Part shown: positions 39,041 through 49,697 of the stretch, piece after piece
How the letters are laid out: each line of letters begins with the position of its first letter
Numbering within the stretch: position 1 is the stretch's first letter
DNA from: Paraphysomonas bandaiensis
Taxonomy: Eukaryota; Protista; Chrysophyceae
Reading direction: 5' to 3'
DNA: 64,000 nt
Assembly (NCBI GenBank): GCA_965644295.1
Contig: CBFFRP010000419.1
Coordinates: forward strand, 124,001 to 188,000
The notes under the pieces: generated by a model
Seen by the model: only the letters and a program-made list of their open reading frames with translations
Databases searched by the model: none
What the model was told of the DNA's origin: nothing
Position numbers and translations under genes: made by a program

Positions 39041-39860
39041 ATTGGTGGAGTTGGGTGTGCGTTGTAGAACTTCTATGTCATGTAAGCTGAGGCGGGCGTA
39101 CCAAAAGTCCCGACAATGGTGATCCTGAGGTTAAGGAACCCATGGAGAGATTACATATCGATTTGGTGGTGGATCTTCCAGAAACAGAAAATGGTAACAA
39201 GCGTATATTGGTGTATAAGGATTCTAAGTGCAATTTCGTACTGTATGGTTATTTCCATTGGCGGATAAGAAAGCTGAAAGTGTAGCGCAAGGTTTGGTAA
39301 AAGGGGTATATAAGACGGTGGTATAGGACAGAGGAAGAGAGTTTCGAAACAAGTTAGATACGAAGTTAGCTGAGTTGTATGGGATTCATGGGGTGTGTAC
39401 TACACCACAGAACCCAAGATCTAATGGATTAGTGGAGAACATGAACAAGACACTGAAGAACCAGCTACATCATTATATTAATGCAAGACAATCAGACTGG
39501 GATTGGAGAAACTAACTCCAGCTCTGCAGTGGGCATGGGTGGTCATTACCCAGAGAACGAGGAATAATTGGTTACGGATGAATAGGGATACTCATGCTGC
39601 AGAGATAATACATGAAGAAGGAAGGAGGGATTGTAGAATAAGGAATAAGGCATCTACAGTCGTTTAAGGAGTATCAGGTTGGAGAATTGTTTTCAGAAGG
39701 AGGTGTCCAGTAAGTGCATTTGCATCAGCATCGGATAAAGGGAAATACACCCAAGATTTGAAGGTCCATATAAGGTGACGAAGAGAATTAACCCATTATT
39801 TTATGAGGCCATGATTAATGGTAAGACTGTGCGGGTACATGCAACTAATATGAAACCCGA
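39041..39860 (+). pseudogene. Degenerate Ty3/Gypsy integrase fragment
   Basis: PMERLHIDLVVDLPETENGNK, DRGREF, PQNPRSNGLVENMNKTLK, DWD and a GPY/F module (PRFEGPYKV...VHATNMKP), broken by stops and frameshifts. Confidence 0.85.
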
Positions 39861-40489
39861 TTCATATGTGAATCAGTTATGTGGAGAGACCTATTCAGGC
39901 CTCGGAAACCCACAGAGATAATGCTCAATCACCAGATGTTGCCACAATATGTTCACCAGTTACACCTATATCTTATATAATCACACACCAGTAACTGAAT
40001 TTAACTCCTTTGTAACTATAATCACCCGTTTCACCTATGATTTGACTTCACCTAGCATTTGCACACTATTAACTCAGTTATATAACATATAACCCATCAT
40101 AGTACTGCAGAACTCAACACTTTCACTACCATTATGACTCATGTAATATGCATGTTCCCTTATCTTAATGATATCTTATCTTAGCGACAACTCTGACCAC
40201 AACCACTATAGTGAGCTTATTCGAGAAGCATTTCGAAAGGTCAATACCATCGCCCATACACTGCTTGATGAACCTCACAACTATAATGTGTTAATATTAT
40301 TTACCCTGAATGAAAAAGGGCATGAACCACAGTTTCAATCGAAACGTCTACTCAGCAAATCATTATACACAAGCATTATCATACCCGCTCAAATATGTTG
40401 TACTACTGTGAATATCATGCCAAAATCAACAAAGTACTTCCTATTATATTACAGCTGACATCGGTAAGTTGATAACGTACCCACTAATT

Positions 40490-40987
40490 TCACTGTGGGC
40501 TGAACGATGAACCAGAAGGAGTAGGAAGGGGTGGAGCTATAGGCTCCATCGAATCATGAACAATTGTCCCAACGACAGCAGTTTGATCATCATCATCTTC
40601 ACTGCTCAACATAGGTATCACATGGATCTCTACCGGAGATGCAGATGCCAAAACCGGAGATTGATTATCTGAAACTTCAGAAGAATTATCATCGCATAGC
40701 GACACTTCTGCAACCACAGGAGTCGAGTCAGCCACAAGAGGAAACAAGCTCGAAACATGACTCGCTGATGAGGCGGCAGCAGACTGAGGGCTTCCTCCAT
40801 CCCCTGACGAAGCACTGGCCTGTGCCAGTCGTATTTCAGAACTATCTATGCTCAGGCTCTGCACTGCCTCCACTGCAGAACGATTTGTGTACTCCTCAGC
40901 GATCTCTCTTATAGCCATCGCCTCAATAGAATTCGGTCGGATGGCGTTTCTTCGTTGTCTCTTCCGTTCATTTCCAAAGTCATCCAT
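40490..40987 (-). CDS. Small uncharacterised protein
   Basis: 165-aa ORF with an ATG start, a basic RKRQRRNAIRP motif, an acidic/Ser-rich tail and a promoter-like TATG-rich upstream region. Confidence 0.55.
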   Translation of the reverse strand: MDDFGNERKRQRRNAIRPNSIEAMAIREIAEEYTNRSAVEAVQSLSIDSSEIRLAQASASSGDGGSPQSAAASSASHVSSLFPLVADSTPVVAEVSLCDDNSSEVSDNQSPVLASASPVEIHVIPMLSSEDDDDQTAVVGTIVHDSMEPIAPPLPTPSGSSFSPQ

Positions 40988-41638
40988 AGGTCTGTTTGTA
41001 TCCTATGTAAATATATGTACAGATAAGAGCATGTATGTGTATGGTTTATTAGAATATGTTATAAAGGATATGTATGTATAGTGTTATATATGGCTATATG
41101 TATGTATGTATGGCTATATATACATGTGGGTATGGACCTGTCTCATTAATCTTAGGCTTAACTGCTTACGAACGGTTCCAACAACTCCTCGAGATAATAT
41201 ACTACATTCTACAAGAATGATATCTGATGTAGTTTAAATACTAGTGCTTATGCTTATGACTAACAGCCTCACTTAAACATATACATGTACATGAGCATGT
41301 AAACTATGGTGAACTACACCTACACGTACACCTACAGCAGACATTGGACAATGCATGTAAAAAATAGTGTAAAAGTTTGTAGAAGGCAGAATTTTCTGAA
41401 ATATTATTGTAAAATTGTTAATTTTCTGATAAAATAGCAGCTCATCGAATTTTGGTATGTATTTTTGGTATTGATCATTTTCCAATTTTGGTAATATTAA
41501 ATTTTCGAATTTTGCCAAAAGTGCGAAAATATGTGTTGCTGTATGTCCCATCCGGAATGTAAAAAGAACAATCCGGACTACGTAAACGTATTCTACTCTC
41601 TCTGGTGTCTAAAAAAGTGAGGATTTTGCACTACTATC

Positions 41639-42873
41639 CCACTGTCGGTCAAAACCATGTCATCGGTCAAAACCGTGTCATTCCCTTTTTTTCAGTTTCT
41701 CTCTTCAGTTTGTATTTTGAGTGATTATTATGATCATATCCATCTTTGTCATTCCGTATCTCTACTGATACAAAACCATCCACACCTATCAGCATATCCT
41801 CATGTTTATCTTGCTCTGCTCTTCCAAATTATCCAAATTGTTTTGGGGTTTGAGCTAAATACTGCTCCGTTCTGTCCCTCACATTTCACCTCTCCCGCAA
41901 CTGAGATTCCACGATCCCAACCAACAGAGACAGACTTTAAGTGATGGGAAATGGTGTGAATGATGGGTGTTGTGAAAGTGGCGACATCTTACATCTGCTT
42001 GTCACCTCCCGAATGTTTCATTGTTGTGAATGTCACACTTATAGATCTCTCTGTCGCATGTGTCCTGCACATATACACGTCTTAAGTATACATACATTGC
42101 ACAAACGTATACGTATATGTGCTATATATGTACTGCGCACACATATATGTGCGAATTATATGTATATGTTACATATATAAGTCTCTGTTACATACATGCT
42201 GCCCATATATATATGTGTGTGTCTCTGTCACAAATGTACTGCATATATATATATGTGCCATATGAATACTTCACACTAATACACGTCTGTGACACATATA
42301 TACTTCAAACATCTATGTATGTATGTCATATATAAACTGCAAGCTTATATATGTCTCTGTTACATATGTCATGTCTATGTTATATGTACACTGCACACAT
42401 AAAGTGTATATCAGGGCTAGGGAACAATATATTGCAATACTATTGTGACGTATCGTCCCACCAATACCTAGTTCAATTGTATTTTAAGAGTCTATTGATA
42501 CTATTACAATGTATTGCAATATACATATTACAATATATTGCAATAGCATTAATATATATAAGTTGTCCGTTGCTAATTACTTACGTTCACTTCATTTCTA
42601 GTACTGTTTTTTAAGAGTACATGAGCTTATCACAAACTGTAATGCCTAACACCATTCCAATACTCGCATTAACGCCATATTCACAATGTATGTCTTCAAT
42701 TCACTATTATTTGAAAGATGTGTGCATCAGGCCACAAGTGGCGATTAGCTCTTGAAAATAGAATCACATCAAGTGTATCGGGATGAGTGAGCAATGAGTA
42801 CTTTTGCGCAGGACGGAGATGATAAGTTTAGCTACGCTGACTAATCTTTCACGTGTATTTGACGTGCAGACAA
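41639..42873 (+). repeat. Left terminal inverted repeat (1,235 bp)
   Basis: Mirror ORFs 41657-42614 (+) and 49957-50944 (-) are nearly identical. Confidence 0.95.
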
Positions 42874-43635
42874 TATTGCTTATATAGTGTCTCTATATCA
42901 TCTGTAAAGCGTAATGTTGATTTGGATGCATTTTGTGAGCATAGTTAAAGGTATAGGGTTCTATGTAGCGATCAACTAGACGATATTCCACAATGACATA
43001 AAGTTGATCACTTTTGGATTGAAATCATGTAGGTGGTGCATCAATTCTTGGACCACTGTACTAGAAACAGCAAAACATCTTTACCAAGATGACGGATCAT
43101 TAAAGGTGACGAATAGTGTCTGTAGTGTGTAGTGTACTGAGCTTGTATGGATTCTGCAAAACTTATATTACTTGACCGAAGTGTACACGAAAAACGCATG
43201 ACTATATAACGAATTTAGAGATTTTTCATCACTATTCTCCCGTAGCTTGATGAATAATAGAAGAGCCTTACTCATAGATACCTTGATGTCTCAACTTTTC
43301 GCTTCTTCAGCTTCTGGGAGGACTGCATCAACCTTCTGTGTCCAACTCAGAATTTTTCATATATAATATTATTCTAACTCGCGAGAATTATATGCATGCT
43401 ATTAGTTAAAAAGACCAGAGATCTAATTAAGTCTACATTTTTGCAATGTAATATCATTGATGTTGGCGATATTATTAATACTACTCATCGAATGAAAGAG
43501 ATGAGTTTTGCTGTTCGTAGAACCTGTATTTCAAAGGTATCTGAATTACGGCTGTTACGTGAAGAATGCAGTAGTGAATACAGTATTACTTGAACTAAAG
43601 ATAGAATGAGAAAAAAGCAGTGAACCTGAAATACT

Positions 43636-43893
43636 AAATAAGATTTAAGGTTAGTCTTAATATTTAGTAAGAATATACTTGATATTATTAGAGATAAAGA
43701 TGGAACGATAAGGCCTAATAGTATAATAGCAAGACACGTTTGAGCAGAGCGTTAGCACCACACACATGTGCGTATCTTGTACAGTCGCGTATCATGTATA
43801 GTTTGGTAATTATTCAGTCTATTTGGTATTTCATTGTATATGTGTGTTGTATTCACGCGTTAAGAGATATACGTGATTCAATGACTCCTAATA
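43636..43893 (-). repeat. Copia 3' LTR
   Basis: Direct repeat of 49006-49263, adjacent to the PPT. Confidence 0.95.
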
Positions 43894-44058
43894 CTCCCCC
43901 TCAATGAAATAATCATATGGCGTATACATAGATATATGGATATAGGTGTATATATTTGGAGATAGTTCTACTGAGGGTAAAACCCACGAGTGCAATCACA
44001 GATTGTGGATTACACTGATGTCAACATACAGCATACTCGTGGGAAACTCCGTAGATCT

Positions 44059-47000
44059 CTAAGTCATCCATCGTGGTCTCTTGGTTGAGTTCTCTGCCGG
44101 TGGGATAGATACTTTTGTTCTTTTATTGCTAGCAGGTATGTTGATACCTCCCCCCCCCATTAGTGAATCCCGCAATCTGTGGAACGTGTTTGATGTGAGG
44201 GGTTTAGTTAGAATGTCGGCCAGCATCTCGTTTGTAGGCATGTAATCAACAATAATAGAGTGCGATGCGACTTGTTCTCTTATGAAGTGATATCTGATGG
44301 CAATATGTTTTGTTCGTCGGTGGTGTACGGGGTTTAGGCATAGTTGAATTGCACCTTTGTTGTCACACCATATGGTTGTTGAGTATGGCATGTGGAAGCC
44401 CAATTCCGAGAGTAGTGACCGTAGCCAAATAGCTTCTTGACATGCTGTTGATAGGGCCATGTACTCCGCTTCTGTAGAGGATAGAGCTACAGTGGTCTGG
44501 AGTCGTGATTGCCAGGAAATGAGACAATTTCCAATAAAGAAGCAAAACGCTGTGGTCGACCTGCGAGTTAAGTTACAGCGTGCCCAATCACTGTCAGCGA
44601 ATCCAGTTAAAGTAACAGACTTCCCGGAGTACTGTAGACCTTGATCGATAGTGCCTTTGAGGTACCTAAGTATGTTTAATGCGGCTTTGCATGTAGTTAG
44701 ATTTGGATTAGTACTGAAACGAGCAAGGGTGTTTACAGCATATGCAATATCAGGTCTAGTGCACACAGCAATATACATAAGTGAACCTATGAGCTCCTTG
44801 TAAGGAAAATTTTGGACAAATTCTTGATTTTCTTGAGATAGTTGTTTCTTTTCGAGAATGTCTATATGAAAATTTGTTGTCATGGGGTGACTACGTGGCT
44901 TGCAATCTTCCATGTTGAATCTGTGGAGTAGGTTCCGTATGTATTGAGATTGATTTAGTGTCGTAGTTCGATTCTGTATATCCTGTTTGACGAATATGCC
45001 GAGGTAGTAATCTAGGAGGCCGAGATCATGAATGTCGAATTTTTCAGCTAACGAATTCTTGATTTGGATGATGTCAGTCCTACTTTTACCGGCGATAATG
45101 ATGTCATCGACGTAAACTGCCAGAATTATGGGTCGACCATTGATTGATTTCGTGAATATGCACGGGTCGGACACTAATCTGGTAAAACCACAGTCTAACA
45201 AATAATTAGTACAACATTTATACCAATTTAACCCGGACTGTTTGAGTCCGTATATACTCTTTAGAAGTCTGAGGACTTTACCGTTTGGAACATTGAGACC
45301 AGCGGGTGGATACATGTAAATTTCCTCTTGGAGGTCTGCATTGATGTAAGCAGTAGAGAAATCTACCTGGTGAAGCTCCAACCCAAGTATAGTTGCTAGT
45401 GCTATGACTGTTCTCATTGATGTGGCCTTTGCGACTGGGCTGTAGGTTTCGTTGTAGTCTTTACCCTCGACCTGGGAGAAACCTTGAGCCACTAACCTCG
45501 CCTTGAAGGTAACCTCATCTCGCTTGACCTTTACCCTAAACACGAATTTTCCCCTTATAATGTTGGAATTTGCTGGTGGTGTCGTTATCCTCCAACAGCC
45601 TTTGCTCTCTAGAGACTTGATTTCTTTGTTGATGGCTTTCAGCCATTGTTCCTTGTACCTGCCTGATAGTGCCTCGCCAACATTGTTAGGTGTGTTAGGT
45701 ACATCATTGCTACATGTGTCATTTGCATGCATAATGATGTCAACATCATTCATGTATAATGTTCTGTAACTATCATGTTTATCAGGTGTTTTGTGGTTGT
45801 ACAAATATCTTTTATCAACATCACAGTGGTATATATTATCACCGAATTTGTGTACATTCATGATTACCCTTTTCCTGGTCTGCCTCTTGCTGTGGAGACT
45901 TTTCTTTACGCAACGGCTCACCTTGTGTCGGTGGGGTGTCCTTACACCCGTAATTGTGCCATCCGGGCTTTGCCGGCTCCTGTCACCCTGGGAATTCACA
46001 GTCTTGATAGCTCGTTTGACCTTACGAGCAGGGTGATCACGCTTGTTGTCACCCCGTGCCTCCTTCGGCACTGTATTCCGCTGAGCTTCTGCTGTGCGGC
46101 GAGGCCTTGCCTCCTTTTCATTTGAGTAGGGTCCTCTCAAATGGCTGTGACTCCCGCCCCGTGTGGCGTCATGACGGCTATCGGTTGAACTGCTCCTCCC
46201 TGGAGCTGTTCCTTCCACGGGGCATCCTGGTTCCTCTTGCGGGGGTGATACCGCGTTCTGATAACTGAAGTGCTCGGCGGTGTATCTTTCGATGTCCGCA
46301 GCGTGTATTGGGTCATTTAACTCGATGACTCGCCCTTCATTTTCTCGTGGGGCCAATCCTCTGTAAGCAGCCACGTGGCCTTTGATGACTGTGATTCTTG
46401 TCGTGATGTATTGGAGGCCATCCTGTGGATCTGTGTGGGTCATTCCAACGAGGTATTGGAAGCTCTCGGTTGTTCGATTCTCTGAATTTTCTTCTCTCAG
46501 TGATGATTCGATTTCAGCGTAGTAGTTTTCCTTGACGTCGGGGATGCACTCATTGAAAAAGACGTGACTTGAGATTACGAAGTCCTTGAGTGAAGGTACA
46601 TATATGACGTACCCTGGTCCATCTTCTCGGTATCCCATGAAGTACCCAATATGGCTATGTGGAGACCAATCGTTTCTTCTCTGAGACTTGTCTATGAATG
46701 TATGGCATTTGCAGCCCCAAATCCTGGCGTAAGATAAATCGGGGGCCTCGTCGTGGATGAACTGATACGGTGATATGAATCCCTTTGCAGTGGCGCATGG
46801 CAGGCGATTTTTCATATGCGTGACGGTGGACATAGCCTGTTCCCAGAAGTTGGGTGGTAGGCCCGAGTTGCAAATGGATGCAAGCGTTCTTTCCTTGGTC
46901 GTGCGCCATGGTCGTTCTTGTATGGGGTTGTCTTCTGGCGTGTACGGAGCGTTGAAGGTCCAGGTTGATCCTAATTTTCTCAGCAAGTTCAGTACACGAT

Positions 47001-48996
47001 GTGATACTAGCTCACGGCCACCATCAGCATGATAGTGTATTAGCCGTTTGCCTTTCGAATGCAGATAATCCACAATTTTCTGAATGCACTCAATGACAAA
47101 ATCCTCGGTTCTGTGTTTTCCATAGAATGTCCAACTGTATCTTGAAGCTGCATCGGTAGCTCCAAAGACTACGGTGTTTCCTGTGACTATTGCTGGAGGT
47201 GAAAATGGTCCAGTAAAATCAACTGCTATAAGTCCTCCAAGCTCCTGCGATCTTCTGGTTTTTGTCGGTATCATTTGCCTTGTCTCGCGCCTATGTTTCC
47301 TCCTGTGAGCCTTGCCTTGTGCGCAGCCATCACAAAGACCTTCTGGTAGCTGTGGCGAGCTCAGGTCGGATTTTGAAATAGTGATTCCTTTCACAAGATT
47401 CAACTTTAGTGCTTTTTGAATTAAGCCAATGGATGCGTGGGTCAACCTTCGATGTGCCAGGGAGATCGAGGAACCGCTTGATGTAGATGCCAAGTTGCAC
47501 TGGTCTTGGATGTAACCTAAATCGGATAATTTGATCTCGTATAGACCGTTTTGTTTCCTGGCTGTGGTCAACAAAATTCCATCGTGGTATACGCGTGCCT
47601 CGTTTGGTCCGAATATAATATTGCAGTTGGCGTCTGTTGTCAACTGGCTGATGGAAATTAAAGTCTTTGACGCGTCTGGAACTAGCCTGCACTTGCTAAT
47701 CAGTCCAAGCTTGCCGTATCCCAATGCCTGCATTTCTGATCCTGATTTGGCGGTGTAAATTGTGGTTTGATCGTAAGTGAATTCGGAGAGTAAGCTTCGT
47801 GCTGCTGTAATTGATATTGTGCAGCCAGAGTCTAGAATGCCAAATTCCTGCTTCTCGTGTTCCGTATGTAGGACGTGGTTGTCTGTGATCATCCCAGAGA
47901 ATGCACTGTAGTCATTGTCATCGTTTGGCCCCTCATCGTCATAGTCTTCCAGTCTTAAGTTCGAATCCCGATGACTGTTTCTTGGGTATTTTGATGATGT
48001 GTTCTTGGAATGATGCCCTTTCCCTCTTTTGTCGTCGTTTCGTTTGTTTGTGGACTTCTGCATCTGTTGTATGTGTTCCCACGAGTGCTTGCACTCTGCT
48101 GCAATGTGGTTGGATCCATTGCATCTGAAGCACTTAACTTCGCGCGAGGCTCTTGTGACTTTGCTGGGCTTGTTGAATTTCTTCTGTTTTCGCTGCCCGT
48201 TGTTGTGCTTCTGCTTCTTCGGTAGACGGGGGTTAAACGGCTGTTTGCCTGTTGAGCTGTAGTTTGCGCTGTCCCGTTTGGTTTCCGTATTTTGTGATAG
48301 TAGGGAGCCTACAGTGGAATGCTCGAATGCTCTCAATCTTCTTATCAGCGTTTTATAATCATCAATTGGGTTCATTTGGAGGTTGATTGCCAGGTCCTTA
48401 TAGGTCTGGTTCTCATTTGAGACCATCCCTTGTCGTATTCTTGAAATAAGGTCTTGTTCAGAGGCTTTGTGGCCATGTGTAGCGAGCTTTAATCGCAATT
48501 TTTCGACTTCGTCCAGGAATTGATTGATTGTTTGAGCTTGCTTGATTTTGATTGATTGCAGTTGGCCAATGAGGTCGGTTATCGTATCATTTGAGGTCTT
48601 GTCTTTGAAATGCTTTTCGATCTCTGACCATGCCCTTTTTCCATCTCCTTCAGGGACTGTTTCGATAATACCCTCTGCTTCCTCGTTTTGGCCAATCACC
48701 GCGCTGGATAGAAGTGACCATAGGTAATTGTTGCCCTCCTCGAAATACTGCATATTTTCGTCGTAGGCGTTTTTCCTGTATAGGTAGTCCTCTTCTGTTT
48801 CTTCCTCTTGACGTATAGGCTCCTCTGGCGCATCGTTTCTTAGGATGTATACTATCTTAGGCTTACGAAAGAACCAGGCTCTACTTTTCTTCTGCCATTT
48901 TGAGAAGTTCTTGGCGTCGAAGGGTGGCATGGAATCCTTCCTCTTGTCCGATGAGTCGGAGTCGGAGTTATCGTAACTGTTAGTCTTAGAACTCAT
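44059..48996 (-). CDS. Copia gag-pol polyprotein (1,645 aa)
   Basis: Zinc knuckle CFRCNGSNHIAAEC, protease LDSGC, HHCC plus DDE integrase (DFTGP, DGGRE, ERPWRT), RT YVDD and RNase H (DSDWA, STEAEY, DNKGA, ADILTK), in PR-IN-RT-RH order. Confidence 0.97.
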   Translation of the reverse strand: MSSKTNSYDNSDSDSSDKRKDSMPPFDAKNFSKWQKKSRAWFFRKPKIVYILRNDAPEEPIRQEEETEEDYLYRKNAYDENMQYFEEGNNYLWSLLSSAVIGQNEEAEGIIETVPEGDGKRAWSEIEKHFKDKTSNDTITDLIGQLQSIKIKQAQTINQFLDEVEKLRLKLATHGHKASEQDLISRIRQGMVSNENQTYKDLAINLQMNPIDDYKTLIRRLRAFEHSTVGSLLSQNTETKRDSANYSSTGKQPFNPRLPKKQKHNNGQRKQKKFNKPSKVTRASREVKCFRCNGSNHIAAECKHSWEHIQQMQKSTNKRNDDKRGKGHHSKNTSSKYPRNSHRDSNLRLEDYDDEGPNDDNDYSAFSGMITDNHVLHTEHEKQEFGILDSGCTISITAARSLLSEFTYDQTTIYTAKSGSEMQALGYGKLGLISKCRLVPDASKTLISISQLTTDANCNIIFGPNEARVYHDGILLTTARKQNGLYEIKLSDLGYIQDQCNLASTSSGSSISLAHRRLTHASIGLIQKALKLNLVKGITISKSDLSSPQLPEGLCDGCAQGKAHRRKHRRETRQMIPTKTRRSQELGGLIAVDFTGPFSPPAIVTGNTVVFGATDAASRYSWTFYGKHRTEDFVIECIQKIVDYLHSKGKRLIHYHADGGRELVSHRVLNLLRKLGSTWTFNAPYTPEDNPIQERPWRTTKERTLASICNSGLPPNFWEQAMSTVTHMKNRLPCATAKGFISPYQFIHDEAPDLSYARIWGCKCHTFIDKSQRRNDWSPHSHIGYFMGYREDGPGYVIYVPSLKDFVISSHVFFNECIPDVKENYYAEIESSLREENSENRTTESFQYLVGMTHTDPQDGLQYITTRITVIKGHVAAYRGLAPRENEGRVIELNDPIHAADIERYTAEHFSYQNAVSPPQEEPGCPVEGTAPGRSSSTDSRHDATRGGSHSHLRGPYSNEKEARPRRTAEAQRNTVPKEARGDNKRDHPARKVKRAIKTVNSQGDRSRQSPDGTITGVRTPHRHKVSRCVKKSLHSKRQTRKRVIMNVHKFGDNIYHCDVDKRYLYNHKTPDKHDSYRTLYMNDVDIIMHANDTCSNDVPNTPNNVGEALSGRYKEQWLKAINKEIKSLESKGCWRITTPPANSNIIRGKFVFRVKVKRDEVTFKARLVAQGFSQVEGKDYNETYSPVAKATSMRTVIALATILGLELHQVDFSTAYINADLQEEIYMYPPAGLNVPNGKVLRLLKSIYGLKQSGLNWYKCCTNYLLDCGFTRLVSDPCIFTKSINGRPIILAVYVDDIIIAGKSRTDIIQIKNSLAEKFDIHDLGLLDYYLGIFVKQDIQNRTTTLNQSQYIRNLLHRFNMEDCKPRSHPMTTNFHIDILEKKQLSQENQEFVQNFPYKELIGSLMYIAVCTRPDIAYAVNTLARFSTNPNLTTCKAALNILRYLKGTIDQGLQYSGKSVTLTGFADSDWARCNLTRRSTTAFCFFIGNCLISWQSRLQTTVALSSTEAEYMALSTACQEAIWLRSLLSELGFHMPYSTTIWCDNKGAIQLCLNPVHHRRTKHIAIRYHFIREQVASHSIIVDYMPTNEMLADILTKPLTSNTFHRLRDSLMGGGGINIPASNKRTKVSIPPAENSTKRPRWMT

Positions 48997-49005
48997 CCGC
49001 TGCCA
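48997..49005 (-). promoter_or_regulatory. Primer-binding site TGGCAGCGG (tRNA-Leu-like)
   Basis: Begins with TGG immediately after the 5' LTR and is complementary to a ...CCGCUGCCA tRNA 3' end, as found in some tRNA-Leu species. Confidence 0.65.
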
Positions 49006-49263
49006 AAATAAGATTTAAGGTTAGTCTTAATATTTAGTAAGAATATACTTGATATTATTAGAGATAAAGATGGAACGATAAGGCCTAATAGTATAATAGC
49101 AAGACACGTTTGAGCAGAGCGTTAGCACCACACACATGTGCGTATCTTGTACAGTCGCGTATCATGTATAGTTTGGTAATTATTCAGTCTATTTGGTATT
49201 TCATTGTATATGTGTGTTGTATTCACGCGTTAAGAGATATACGTGATTCAATGACTCCTAATA
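49006..49263 (-). repeat. Copia 5' LTR
   Basis: No mismatch to the 3' LTR seen on reading. Confidence 0.95.
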
Positions 49264-49697
49264 ATACTTTGACTGTATAAGATCGTGGCTTCTAAGATCT
49301 GATAATATTTTTTGGTAGTTGAGAGAATATAATTGTAACGAATATCAGTGAATAGTGAGAGATGTTGATTATAATTTTATTAATTTATTACTGTGTGACT
49401 TCAAGAATAGTTAATTAAGGTATTTCACCATCCAAATATGTCAAGAGATGATAGAAAGTAGGAATTACGAATTACTATAGCACAGTACACACGTACAGAC
49501 TCAACTATTGCGTACCATATACTGCAGCCTACCCTCCATGAATAACCGTAACTGCCCAACATGCATAATATAATAATAATCGCAAGTTAGAACAATATTA
49601 AATATAAAAAATTCGGAGTTGGACAAAGGTTGACGCAGGCCTCCCAGAAACTGAAGAAGAAAAACGTTAGACACCAAGGTACAGGTATACTGTCATG

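Larger units (their letters stand above)
43636..49263 (-). mobile_element. Intact Ty1/Copia LTR retrotransposon (5,628 bp), TSD ATACT
   Basis: Identical 258-bp LTRs, a PBS at 48997-49005, a PPT (TGAGGGGGAG on minus) at 43894-43903, a single gag-pol ORF, and ATACT at 43631-43635 and 49264-49268. Confidence 0.97.

Noticed and set aside
41657-42614. Four small ORFs mirrored at 49957-50944
   Set aside because: Low-complexity TIR sequence with no recognisable domain; the duplication only reflects the inverted repeat.
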